DNA of 64,000 bases from contig CAWDLW010000027.1 of the NCBI GenBank assembly GCA_963803145.1, forward strand, positions 32,001-96,000. Reading direction: 5' to 3'. Origin of the DNA: Methanotrichaceae archaeon (GTDB lineage Archaea; Halobacteriota; Methanosarcinia; Methanotrichales; Methanotrichaceae). Made by a program: the position numbers and the translations under genes. Positions 21,945 to 31,759 of the stretch are shown here, piece by piece; within the stretch, counting starts at the first letter, position 1, and each line of letters starts with the position of its first letter. The notes beneath the pieces were generated by a model that saw nothing but the letters and a program-made list of their open reading frames with translations, did no database searches and was not told the DNA's origin.

Positions 21945-22279
21945 TATTTTTGGCGTTGGCTAATTCTTTCATTTAGTTTAAAGCCCTTTCCTTAGGGCAT
22001 GCAAACTTGGCGATGATTGTTACTTTGCGAAGTGGATAAAGACTTTCGCGGGTAACCCAAATATCCCTTGTCTTTCGCGAAGTTTTGAAAGCTCAAGCGG
22101 CCCGGCAACACCGGAACGCAAGACTTAGGCAAATGGTCGCCGAAGGGGTAATTAAAAATGGATTTCCCCATCGTTATTTGTTAATCTAGTCAACGATATT
22201 TGGTTTACCGTTATCTATATATGATAATTAACGACCTTTTATATATGTTGCATGTAGTCTTTTCCAAGAGGGTTTAAAC

Positions 22280-22522
22280 ATGCTCTACAAATCACCGCTC
22301 ATTCAGGCCATGCATATGAGGATCATGGCCGATAAGACCGCCAAAGACACCCTTAAAGAGAGTTTAAAGGGCTGCATGTTGATTGATAGCGATGTATCCC
22401 TTGTAGATGCTAAAAGCCTGCATTACTTCATCCTAGACTACTACAAGCTACCCAAAAATATCTTTGCTGATGTTAATCTTGTTGATTTTGTAGCACTTGG
22501 AAAAGCCATAATCTCTCAATAG
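22280..22522 (+). CDS. Small hypothetical protein (element cargo)
   Basis: 80-aa ORF preceded by an AT-rich TATA-like tract. Confidence 0.45.
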   Translation: MLYKSPLIQAMHMRIMADKTAKDTLKESLKGCMLIDSDVSLVDAKSLHYFILDYYKLPKNIFADVNLVDFVALGKAIISQ

Positions 22523-22963
22523 CTCCATCTTTTCTATCACATCCTAAGGGTAAACTATCAACCCTTTGCTGATCATCGTTTATATGCCGTTTTACGCGAA
22601 CCACATATCAAAGATTTCATAAATTGTAGGTATAATCATCAGAAATCTGATGAGGCATAGAAGAAAGGTTGCATTAGATGCATTCCCTTTTTAGGGGAAT
22701 ACCCGCTTAAACGGGTAATGGCTATTCCTTTCCTATGCCCCAAATAATAACCGTATCTTATGATATTTATTTTTGATGCTCACCGAAGATGCTTTTCCTA
22801 TAGGCCGCAATCTCGATCAAACCTCATTCCTTTTTGTTGCGGCCCATCAAACCTTTCAACGTTTACATAGCCCATGGGTTATCGAAAAAGGGGTTTAAGG
22901 TATGTCATATAGACTTCATATAAAGATAATTGATTTATGTCATCGCTATAAGCATTACTGATT

Positions 22964-23215
22964 ATGCGTCGATCCAATAGAACCAAGGAAGAAATTATCG
23001 CAAAAATCTTGAAGAATTGCTTAGCTGGTGCCAATAAAACGACTATAATTCATAAGAGCAACTCAAATTTTGCTGAAACGACTCCATATCTTAATTGTTT
23101 AACCCAAAGCGGATTAGTTACTATAATCGGATGTTTTCCTACAACATATAAAACCACCGATGAAGGAAAGGATTTTTTGAATAGGCTTAATGAGCTTCAT
23201 AAATTAAAGCCTTGA
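22964..23215 (+). CDS. Winged-helix DNA-binding protein (archaeal HTH_45-like)
   Basis: RTKEEIIAKIL...GANKTTII...YKTTDEGK pattern. Confidence 0.8.
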   Translation: MRRSNRTKEEIIAKILKNCLAGANKTTIIHKSNSNFAETTPYLNCLTQSGLVTIIGCFPTTYKTTDEGKDFLNRLNELHKLKP

Positions 23216-23635
23216 TATAAATCGATAGAGGTATATCACCTATAGCATATTGAATTTTAACTATCATTCTGTTGCCGATCATGTTTAAAGGGCCTTTTAC
23301 GCAATATATTATAACCAACCTTAACAATATTCTGCAAAATATATCTAATTAATTTTGGCGCGAATTTGCGCACCTAATCGATAGGCGTAAATTAGGGCTA
23401 AAATCGTTAACAGTAGTGGCCATGATCCATATACACATTATTATCAAAATACTCTTTTCTCTACAATCACCAGGTAGTGTGACGATATTTCTGTAATTTG
23501 TCCAAGCTCTGTATCCTTCATTAGTCACTCATCATTCCAAGATAAATACTGTTAACTATTTCTCGTTGATATCAATTAAGATAGAAACACCTAATCGCAT
23601 GAAGGATTGAGCAAATCAGTATGAGTAAGAAAAGG

Positions 23636-23707
23636 TGCGGCTGCCGGGATTCGAACCCGGGTTACGGGCTTGGGAAGCCCATGTCATAACCGCTGGACCA
23701 CAGCCGC
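23636..23707 (-). tRNA. tRNA-Gly(CCC)
   Basis: Reverse complement folds as a cloverleaf: GCGGCTG acceptor stem, anticodon loop TTCCCAA, GGTTCGAATCC T-arm. Confidence 0.96.
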
Positions 23708-23994
23708 CTGTTTGGTACTGATTATTTGGTTTTCTAGATATCGATTTTGCCTTAATCCTCTGGTAAATCCTATTACAACGTAGTATTTAAGCATTTTCAC
23801 GATAAGTAGTACAATCCTGTCATCCTTTTTTGCAATTAGGGATTATGCATTATCAAGTCTAAACCTTCAACATTTGACTGAATCCTTATATAAGATGTTG
23901 GTGAGGTAAATCATAGCCTTAAAACGCATTATAAAGGCTTGATTGCTCAGGATAAGGTGAAATATATATATGTTTACGATAGTGAGGATGCTAT

Positions 23995-24249
23995 ATGAGT
24001 CGGGAAACGTCCTATTCCATCGATAAAGCTCTTTACCATAAGATAAGCGAATTACCAGGATGCTCAAGTTTGGAGCTTTCCAAAGCTCTTAAATGGCCGA
24101 TCAAGAAAATTAATGGATCACTTAAAAGACTTGAAACCAAAGGCGTCATAAAACTAAATAAAGAATCGCGATCAGGAAAGCAAATAACTATTGTTATTCC
24201 ATTGGAATGGCCCGAATTAGCTTTGAAACCCGAAGATGCAAAACAATGA
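23995..24249 (+). CDS. Small winged-helix (MarR/ArsR-like) protein
   Basis: PGCSSLELSKALKW...LKRLETKGVI. Confidence 0.7.
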   Translation: MSRETSYSIDKALYHKISELPGCSSLELSKALKWPIKKINGSLKRLETKGVIKLNKESRSGKQITIVIPLEWPELALKPEDAKQ

Positions 24250-24693
24250 TACTATGTGATATGGCTCATCCTGACTATGGTGCATGAAGAAAGAAGACTT
24301 CCTCTCTTCTCCTACCTTGCAACCCTGACGGCAACAGTTATCTGTGTACATCTCTTCACCAGAGAACTCTATCGTCTGAGAATTTGTTCATGGACTTATA
24401 TTGGCTTGACAGAGAATATATTTTTTCACATGTATAAACTAATTATTCAGTTCTCAGTAATGATATCTCCGCCGACAGAGTTGTATAACAATTTATTTCC
24501 CAATAGCAGAATTTTTTTGATAGAACAATCGATATCATATACTCTCAATTAAATAACAGAAGATTGTAGGTTATACCCTATTAGAAAGATTATGGAAATT
24601 ATATTTATGAAAAACCGATAAAAAGGTTTATTAACCAGTAATAACAATGAAGCATTAATACGTATATCAAATTAGAATAATATATAAGGAGGA

Positions 24694-25704
24694 ATGTATA
24701 TGAAATTATTCTCGTATCTAGTGTTGATGTTAATGATCTCTTTCGCCTCAGCGGCTCCTAGCAGTGTAACAACAGGACCCTACAATATAACCTTTGATCC
24801 GGGCACACCCATGAACTATACCGTGGAGGTTATGCCACCCTATGAAAATGATAGTTATACCTCATACTCAGCCTCCATCAATGTCTCCAACACCAAAGCA
24901 GATATCATCATTTATGATCTGAAGACTCCCGAAGATGCAACTATTTCGACAGTTGCAGCGACGTATAGAGCAAACGTGCGCAACCTAAATAGTTCATCGG
25001 TTGAGATAGGAAAGATTGATGGAAAAGATGCAATAATTACACGTTACATAAACCCACAGAATAATAAGCAAATTTTAGGCGGCAAATATTGGGTGGATAG
25101 CCACAAAGTCGATGACAGTCCTCTATCAGAGGGATCGATAGAGGTCACAGTATACGCAAGCATGCCTCAGAATTCAGCAGAAGACATGGCCATAGCAGAG
25201 AGCATCGTCAACACATTGCATATTGTGAAGACTCAAGGTCAAGCTTCTCAGACAAACCAACCCGCTCAAACTGCTGTGCCGACTATTAGACCCGAGCCTT
25301 ACCTTAGTGTCCGGGATCAGAATGTCGAAAATAACGGCGGCAATGTAATAATCGATGGAGCTTATAGCAATGGTCCTGGCTGGGTAGTGATCTACAACGA
25401 GAGGTATGTCCCCTATTCTTCAGCACCTATGAACAATCCAATAGGCTATACTCACGTTGACGATGGTCTAAGCAATGCCGTCAAAGTCAAGCTGAATATG
25501 GCCCTGGTCACCGACCGGCTCTATGCAGTTCTCTTTAAGGACAATGGCCAAGTGGGCGCATTTGAATACCCTGGACCGGATTATCCTCTCAGTCTACATG
25601 CTGAAAAGATTTACTCCTTCAACTCCAAAACACCCCATCCAATGGATGACCTACGAATCAATTGGAGCGAACATGGATCTTCTCCCGATCCCTATTGGAT
25701 GTGA
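24694..25704 (+). CDS. Secreted two-domain surface protein
   Basis: Signal peptide; Q/T linker; C-terminal beta domain LSVRDQ...GPGWVVIY...IGYTHV...FEYPGPDYP. Confidence 0.75.
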   Translation: MYMKLFSYLVLMLMISFASAAPSSVTTGPYNITFDPGTPMNYTVEVMPPYENDSYTSYSASINVSNTKADIIIYDLKTPEDATISTVAATYRANVRNLNSSSVEIGKIDGKDAIITRYINPQNNKQILGGKYWVDSHKVDDSPLSEGSIEVTVYASMPQNSAEDMAIAESIVNTLHIVKTQGQASQTNQPAQTAVPTIRPEPYLSVRDQNVENNGGNVIIDGAYSNGPGWVVIYNERYVPYSSAPMNNPIGYTHVDDGLSNAVKVKLNMALVTDRLYAVLFKDNGQVGAFEYPGPDYPLSLHAEKIYSFNSKTPHPMDDLRINWSEHGSSPDPYWM

Positions 25705-25899
25705 TTCAAAACGAGTGCAAGAGTAAGAAAATGGTCAAAAGACTGCGCACCCTGCTGTATGCAGCGGGGCAGGCAATGTGCAGTCGCATGAAAATGAAAC
25801 CCAGGTCATCTGATCCATCTCTAAGTTGGATCCAGATACCTTTTACCCCCGCAGAGATCTGCGGGGTATGACATCTAAGAATAGGTGTGAGGTAAGATT

Positions 25900-27074
25900 A
25901 TGATGAACAGAACATATATCTGTATCATGGTAAGCTTCCTTCTCCTCGCTGGCATCGCCTTGGGAGGGCTGGACCAGTCAGGAGACACGGGAGCAAAGAA
26001 TCTGAGCATGGCTGATTTCAGCGCTTTAGGCGTAGGAGACAACGCTGGAAATGATATCGCTAGCGCTGGTGCCCCTGAAGTCGCTGCAACAGATCCTGGA
26101 ACTGAGCTGGCGGCTTACATTGATCAGGCTCCACCTGCAGCTGATCTAGAAAAGCCTCTGCCCTCCAGCATACTGACCAACCCGCCCCAATATATGTACT
26201 ACAATGGAAAATACCTGGCATGGAGAGATTTCTCGGCCACATTCTCCGGCAACCAGCCAGGATTATGGATTCAGAGAGCCGTTAGCTGGTCTTTGTATGC
26301 CACACTTCCCTTGGGCGGATGGACGCAAGAGCTGCTTTATGTGCCGACGGCTTCGCCTCTAACTATGTACGAGATTTATCCAGGCGGATATGTAATCGGA
26401 TATAATCTGGGATTTGTCAACCCGGGATACTACACATCTGGTATTATGCAGATTCACTTGGCCGGCATAGGAATGTGCTTGCCACATCCACCGGATACAG
26501 CAATTCAGTCATTATAGATGTATATTCGGTACAGCCATACCCCACGCCTATACGGCCCGACCCCAAGAGAGAATGTGAGAAGAATCCTAACTGCCAATGG
26601 GTAAACGGCCAGTGCATTTGCACAGATCCACAGAAGGAATGTGAGTCGAAGTCTTACTGTCAATGGGTAAACGGCCAATGCCTTTGCGTAATGCCGCCAG
26701 TGCCAGATCCAAAGAAAGAATGTGAGATGAACCCTAATTGCCAATATGTAAACGGCAATTGTCAATGTGTAATGCCGGATCCAGAAAAGATGCAATGTGA
26801 GAGCAATCCATTATGCGATTATGTGGACGGACATTGCTATTGCCGAGGGGCGAATCCCGAGCCTATGCCTGGACCAGTTCCAAACCCGAATCCTGAGCCA
26901 AACCCCGGACCATTTAATCCGGCCCCCAATCCTGTAGCTCAATGTGAACAGAATCCGAGCTGCCACTGGGTGGACGGCCAATGCCTATGCACAGGGCTGA
27001 ACCCAACCGGCGGTTCTGACGACTCTGATAATACAGGAAATTCTGCTACTACTGCCGAAGGACCTAACCATTGA
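25900..27074 (+). pseudogene. Secreted protein with five 4-Cys mini-repeats, frameshifted at ~26433
   Basis: Adding one base restores YYYIWYYADSLGRHRNVLATSTGYSN and joins ORFs 25900-26517 and 26475-27074; C-x5-C-x2-V-[ND]-G-x-C-x-C occurs five times. Confidence 0.75.
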
Positions 27075-27220
27075 GAAGAGAAACAAAAAGCTGACGGTGT
27101 GCTCTGCAGATTAGTAAAGCATACCGATCCCATTTTATTTTATCGTAATTCTACACCAAATTCAAGATTTCTATAGAAGGCATGAAAGGCTTATTAACAT
27201 GAGGATCGAAGAAGGCTAAC

Positions 27221-27475
27221 ATGAGAGTGAATAACCAGGTGATGGTGGGTCTGGTAACGATCATCTGTCTCATCTCCCAGGGGTACATTTTCACATACAT
27301 CCTGAAGGTCGAGCCGAACACCATTGTATCCCTAATTCCGCTCATTGCCTTTGTAATATACATATATGCAAGAAACAGTATGAGCTTGTATTACAATAAG
27401 CCTCTTTACTGGATTATAGCAATTATCGCACTCACGCTGATAGATCTCCTGCCCTACTCGTTAAGGATCATATAG
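27221..27475 (+). CDS. Small 3-TM membrane protein
   Basis: Three hydrophobic segments. Confidence 0.65.
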   Translation: MRVNNQVMVGLVTIICLISQGYIFTYILKVEPNTIVSLIPLIAFVIYIYARNSMSLYYNKPLYWIIAIIALTLIDLLPYSLRII

Positions 27476-27549
27476 ATAGTGGCGGCATAAGCAGCCAGCC
27501 ATCTACGCCAACAGTAGAGCAGAAATTTTAGCCAGGCTTTTATTACATT

Positions 27550-27796
27550 GGGAGTGCAGAGGGTCACGAATACCCCGACCTTTAGGTTGGGGATGAAGTG
27601 AACCCTCGCCCGGTTTTCATGTTTCTTAGATTGATTAACAAGGAATCTCTAGAAACCGAAAGCAAAGTTCCGATTGTTCAGATCATGAGATCTGGACAAC
27701 AAAAAATAGACAATTACTAGATTCCAGAAAACCGATCGGCGTGCGGCCCGAAGCATACCCCATCCCTTTAGGGTGGGGTGGCCGCACGCAGTTTGA
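27550..27796. mobile_element. Non-autonomous IS200/IS605-type remnant (PATE-like)
   Basis: Two subterminal hairpins, ccccgacc-ttta-ggttgggg and accccatccc-ttta-gggtggggt, each inside a longer stem; no tnpA/tnpB. Confidence 0.7.
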
Positions 27797-27862
27797 TTTT
27801 TACCGACATCAATAGATACAATCCCATAAATCTTTAATCCATCGTCACATCAGTAGTAATCT

Positions 27863-28492
27863 ATGCATTTTAAAGACAGAAAGGAAGCCGGCAGGAGGCT
27901 TGCAGAGGCCCTTGCAGCCTACATTGGAAAAGACGTTATTATATATTCTCTTCCCCGAGGCGGCGTCGTGCTGGGATATGAGATAGCCAAGAAGCTGGGC
28001 GCTCCATTGGACCTTTTGATTACTAGAAAGATAGGCTATCCGGGAAACGAGGAGTGTGCCGTCTGTGCGGTCGCTGAAGATGGCGATATGATATGCGATC
28101 GCGCTGGAGTGGCTATGGTAGATCCGGAGTGGCTCGATGCCCAGGCAAAAAAAGAACGTGAGGAGGCAGTGAGGAGGAGACAGGTTTATCTCAAGGGCAG
28201 AGAGCCGCTTCCAGTTGATGGCAAGATAGCAATCATCGTTGATGACGGTGTTGCCACTGGTCTAACAATAATATTGGCTATAAGAGAGCTGAAGCATAGA
28301 AATCCTCAGAAGATCATAGTTGCAGTCCCTGTAGCATCTGAACAGGCAGCAGAGATCATTCGCCAGGAGGCTGATGAGCTAATTGCCTTGGACGTACCTG
28401 CATATTTCGCAGCTGTTGGCGCATATTATGAGAGCTTCCCACAGCTGACTGATGCTGAAGTCGTCAGGCTCATGGAGGAGGCCAGCAGCTGA
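27863..28492 (+). CDS. Phosphoribosyltransferase family protein
   Basis: FKDRKEAG, LPRGGV, IIVDDGVATG (PRPP loop) and AVGAYY. Confidence 0.92.
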   Translation: MHFKDRKEAGRRLAEALAAYIGKDVIIYSLPRGGVVLGYEIAKKLGAPLDLLITRKIGYPGNEECAVCAVAEDGDMICDRAGVAMVDPEWLDAQAKKEREEAVRRRQVYLKGREPLPVDGKIAIIVDDGVATGLTIILAIRELKHRNPQKIIVAVPVASEQAAEIIRQEADELIALDVPAYFAAVGAYYESFPQLTDAEVVRLMEEASS

Positions 28493-28888
28493 GAAGGCAG
28501 CAGTGTTGCTGCCGTCTTCGGGCGTTTTTATTACAGTACATAATATAGGGATATATTTTCAGGCTTTATTGGGATATGCTCTAATTTTACTTTCATTGAG
28601 ATATATAACCTATGATATACAAAATTGTTATTAAACTCATAAGATCTTTTTATAAGGATCGTATATTCATGTATACCTATTTATTGCAAGAAATATTTTA
28701 GGATCCAGAATATTGTATACAACCCACAGTTGTTTTTATTTGAGATTGGATAATTCTTAACTTAATTAGTGGATGATGTGTTATTAGTTAAGTTTCGCCG
28801 GATTTTATTAAAGATCAACGATGTGGTATGTTTTGCAAGATTTTGTAGATCTTGCAGGTAAAATGAATAAATATATAGGAGGCAAGTT

Positions 28889-29965
28889 ATGAGAGGTTTA
28901 ATATTAGCAGCCTTGGGTTTGCTGTTGCTCGTATCAGCAGCATCAGCAACAGGTAGCGGAAATGCAGTAATTTCTGAGGTGACACAGTCATCAACAGGAA
29001 CATGTATAGTAGGAGCCAACTTGGCTCAGGCTACAGTTCTGGATACCAACCTATTGGGCTGCGATAACTTAGTAGATCAGCAAATGTTTGTGACAGCTGA
29101 TGGTAACGACCTTATAGGCATGTCCAGCCTAATGGGTGAGGGCGGCGAGGGTGGCGAGGGCAACACAAGTGGTGAGGGCAGCGCAACTTCTGGAGAGATC
29201 GCAGATGAAGGCGAGTTCATGGGCATGAACTTCGTCCAGGGCGGCGAGATGGTATTCAACGCCACAGGATCCGATAACATCGGTTACCAGGATGTCGACC
29301 TCAATGCAAATGAAAACTGCCAGACATTCGGAAACTTCTCCCAGATGGGTATTCAGACAGCTGATGCTATTGGCTGCGATAATCTGATCTCCCAGGATAC
29401 CGACACCTATGCAGGAGTTATTCCAACGGCAGAGGGTGGCCCAATTGGCTCGCCCAACGACTTCGTAATGAGCAACACACAGCAGGCATCTCTCCTGAAT
29501 GTATGCACAGTAGGTGATGCAAACGATCTTGATCAGCATGCTGAGCAGGATCTCTTTGATAGCTGCGTGACCACATCCACACTCAGCCAGCAGGCTCTCC
29601 TCAACGCAGATGTATGGGGATGCGACAACACCAACGATGTTGAGGTTGGCCAGGGTGAGACAGATCACGGCCAGTCCTCTCTCCAGACCATAGACGACAG
29701 CAGTTTCCTCGGATCAGCTGTAGCTCAGGGTGTTAGCGAGAACGAGCAGGTTCTCGGAAGCGATAACGCCTTTGCTCAGTTTGGAAACACCTTGATCGAT
29801 GATAGCTGCTTCACCATGGGCACTGCATCCCAGAGCATTAGCGAGACATTTGCAACCGCAGGATGCGGCAACGCAGCAGACCAGGATGCAACACTCTCAA
29901 ATGTCGATAACTCCATAGTTGGCGGACGCCTTGCCCAGCAATCTACAATCGACACAAACCTCTAA
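28889..29965 (+). CDS. Secreted 35-aa-repeat beta-solenoid-like protein, paralogue 1 (divergent, Gly/Glu insert)
   Basis: Signal peptide ending ASA-TG; repeats with Q-x9-G-x2-N-x3-Q; RBS aggaggcaagttATG. Confidence 0.85.
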   Translation: MRGLILAALGLLLLVSAASATGSGNAVISEVTQSSTGTCIVGANLAQATVLDTNLLGCDNLVDQQMFVTADGNDLIGMSSLMGEGGEGGEGNTSGEGSATSGEIADEGEFMGMNFVQGGEMVFNATGSDNIGYQDVDLNANENCQTFGNFSQMGIQTADAIGCDNLISQDTDTYAGVIPTAEGGPIGSPNDFVMSNTQQASLLNVCTVGDANDLDQHAEQDLFDSCVTTSTLSQQALLNADVWGCDNTNDVEVGQGETDHGQSSLQTIDDSSFLGSAVAQGVSENEQVLGSDNAFAQFGNTLIDDSCFTMGTASQSISETFATAGCGNAADQDATLSNVDNSIVGGRLAQQSTIDTNL

Positions 29966-29982
29966 ATAAAACGAAGATAGAA

Positions 29983-30010
29983 TTAAGGCGAGAATCCGAT
30001 CTCGCCTTAA
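29983..30010 (+). terminator. Hairpin after paralogue 1
   Basis: ttaaggcgag-N8-ctcgccttaa. Confidence 0.75.
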
Positions 30011-30287
30011 ACAACTTTATTTAAGAACATTTGCATGATATCTAAATTTTTGGCGAAGCACTCTATTACTATTATTATCCTGAAGAAGGATAATTGAAGA
30101 ATGGCTATCTATACAGAGAATGTTTCTTCAATGGATATCTCTCATAGTCATCAAGTATCCCTTAAGCAACAATTACAGTTTGATAAAATTATAAATAAAC
30201 ATATACGTCTTCCCGAAATTATATCTGTTCGATTAATTATAATATTTGAAAAATTTAAAGAATTAATTGTCATCTATAAGAGCGGAA

Positions 30288-30454
30288 GATAAGTAATTTA
30301 TTTACAGGCAAATTGTACTTAACTCCTATATTGATGGCGTCTTCTTAATCAAATTTCTATTTATTTTTTAAATGAGTAAAGCTCAATTATTGATAGTGCT
30401 TCGCTATAATTCCTAGAACTTGTGAAGCATCTCGAAGAGATAAGGAGGCAAGCT
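30288..30454 (+). promoter_or_regulatory. Conserved promoter/leader of paralogue 2
   Basis: GATAAGTA...cttaa...tattgatggc...tcttaatcaaatttc...taaggaggcaag; repeated before paralogues 3-5. Confidence 0.75.
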
Positions 30455-31387
30455 ATGAAAACTCTAATAAAAATAGCCCTAGGCTTCTTGCTGCTGGTGT
30501 CAGCGGCTGCAGCCACAGGAAACTGGAACTGTGAGAATGTAAATATTTGTCAAGATGCAACAGGAAACTGTATCACAGGCGATGTCAATTTAGCCCAGAT
30601 AACAGATGCATCGTCGTTTGTCCTCGGCTCTGACAATTCAGTGGATCAGTGCATGGGCCTCAGCGCCGACGATAACTGCCTGACAGGCGTTGGAGAACAG
30701 TCCAACCTTTGCCAGAGAGGCGATTTGACTGCCAATGCAACAGGCTGCTATAACGATCTCGAGCAGGGAGTCGATTTCAGTGCCTACGAAAACTGCCTGA
30801 CTGATAGCAACATGACTCAGTGGGGCATGCAGGCGGGAGATGCCGTCGGTTCCTGTAACGATATTAGCCAGTATGCCGCAGCTGATGCCTGCGATAACTG
30901 CCTGACCATGAGCGATCAGAAGCAGATATCAGACTTCGAGGTATGCGCTACGGGCGATAGCAACTGTGTCGATCAGTGCCTCTACCAGGAAGCTTCGGAT
31001 AACTGTCTGACAACCTCCTGCCTCTGGCAGCAGACTGCCAAGGTAGTCGATATCCTTGGGTGCGATAATAGTGTCTACCAGGATAACAACCTCCAGTATG
31101 CAGATTATAACTGCATGACAGGCTCATTGTTGAACCAGGTAATCTGCGAGAATGCTCAGGTAACCGGCAGCTGCAACGAGGTTGATCAGGGAGCCTGCAG
31201 CGCGATGGAGACTGATGCATGCAACAACTGCCTGACCAATGCAGGAATGCTGCAGTCCATCAACAGCCAGGCCGTCGTAGAGGGCTGCAACAACTATGTC
31301 AATCATAATGTCTACCTCGACACAGATTGCAACAGTCTGACCGGCGGAATGCTGACACAGATGTCCACAATCAACTCCAACGACTAA
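30455..31387 (+). CDS. Secreted Cys-rich 35-aa-repeat protein, paralogue 2
   Basis: RBS-supported ATG at 30455; signal peptide; NC[LIM]T-initiated repeats; ends SND. Confidence 0.88.
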   Translation: MKTLIKIALGFLLLVSAAAATGNWNCENVNICQDATGNCITGDVNLAQITDASSFVLGSDNSVDQCMGLSADDNCLTGVGEQSNLCQRGDLTANATGCYNDLEQGVDFSAYENCLTDSNMTQWGMQAGDAVGSCNDISQYAAADACDNCLTMSDQKQISDFEVCATGDSNCVDQCLYQEASDNCLTTSCLWQQTAKVVDILGCDNSVYQDNNLQYADYNCMTGSLLNQVICENAQVTGSCNEVDQGACSAMETDACNNCLTNAGMLQSINSQAVVEGCNNYVNHNVYLDTDCNSLTGGMLTQMSTINSND

Positions 31388-31398
31388 ACTTGCAACGA

Positions 31399-31420
31399 AA
31401 GGCGAGGGTTTTCTCGCCTT
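31399..31420 (+). terminator. Hairpin after paralogue 2
   Basis: aaggcgag-ggtttt-ctcgcctt. Confidence 0.75.
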
Positions 31421-31592
31421 CAAAATTTATTTCTAGCATTTTGCAGTAACAGTTTAAAATTCATTAAATATCGTCTTCCAGATCTATCTACTTCTGAACT
31501 ACAGCATATTTAAGGATAAATTTTTGTACTTATTGAGATCCTAAGAACGATTACAAAAGAAAAAATATTCTATCGCGCTATTAGTAATATTA

Positions 31593-31759
31593 GATAAGTA
31601 TCTCAGTTACAATTAAAATTTTCTTAACTCTTGTATTGACGGCATCTTCTTAATCAAATTTCTATTTGTTTTTTAAAGGATTAACGCCCAATTAGTGTTA
31701 ATGCTTCGCTAGAGCTATTAGACCTTGCGAAGCGGTTGGGAAAAATAAGGAGGCAAGTT
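31593..31759 (+). promoter_or_regulatory. Conserved promoter/leader of paralogue 3
   Basis: GATAAGTA 167 nt upstream of the ATG, same internal motifs. Confidence 0.75.

Larger units (their letters stand above)
19608..23676. mobile_element. ~4-kb integrative element in tRNA-Gly(CCC)
   Basis: 48-bp direct repeats, integrase adjacent to the distal att, AT-rich cargo. Confidence 0.88.

Noticed and set aside
22646-22745. Hammerhead ribozyme (CTGATGA followed by a stem)
   Set aside because: The stem is followed by CCAAA, not the required GAAA core.
24256-24552. 98-aa ORF
   Set aside because: Unnatural composition and no motif; likely spurious.
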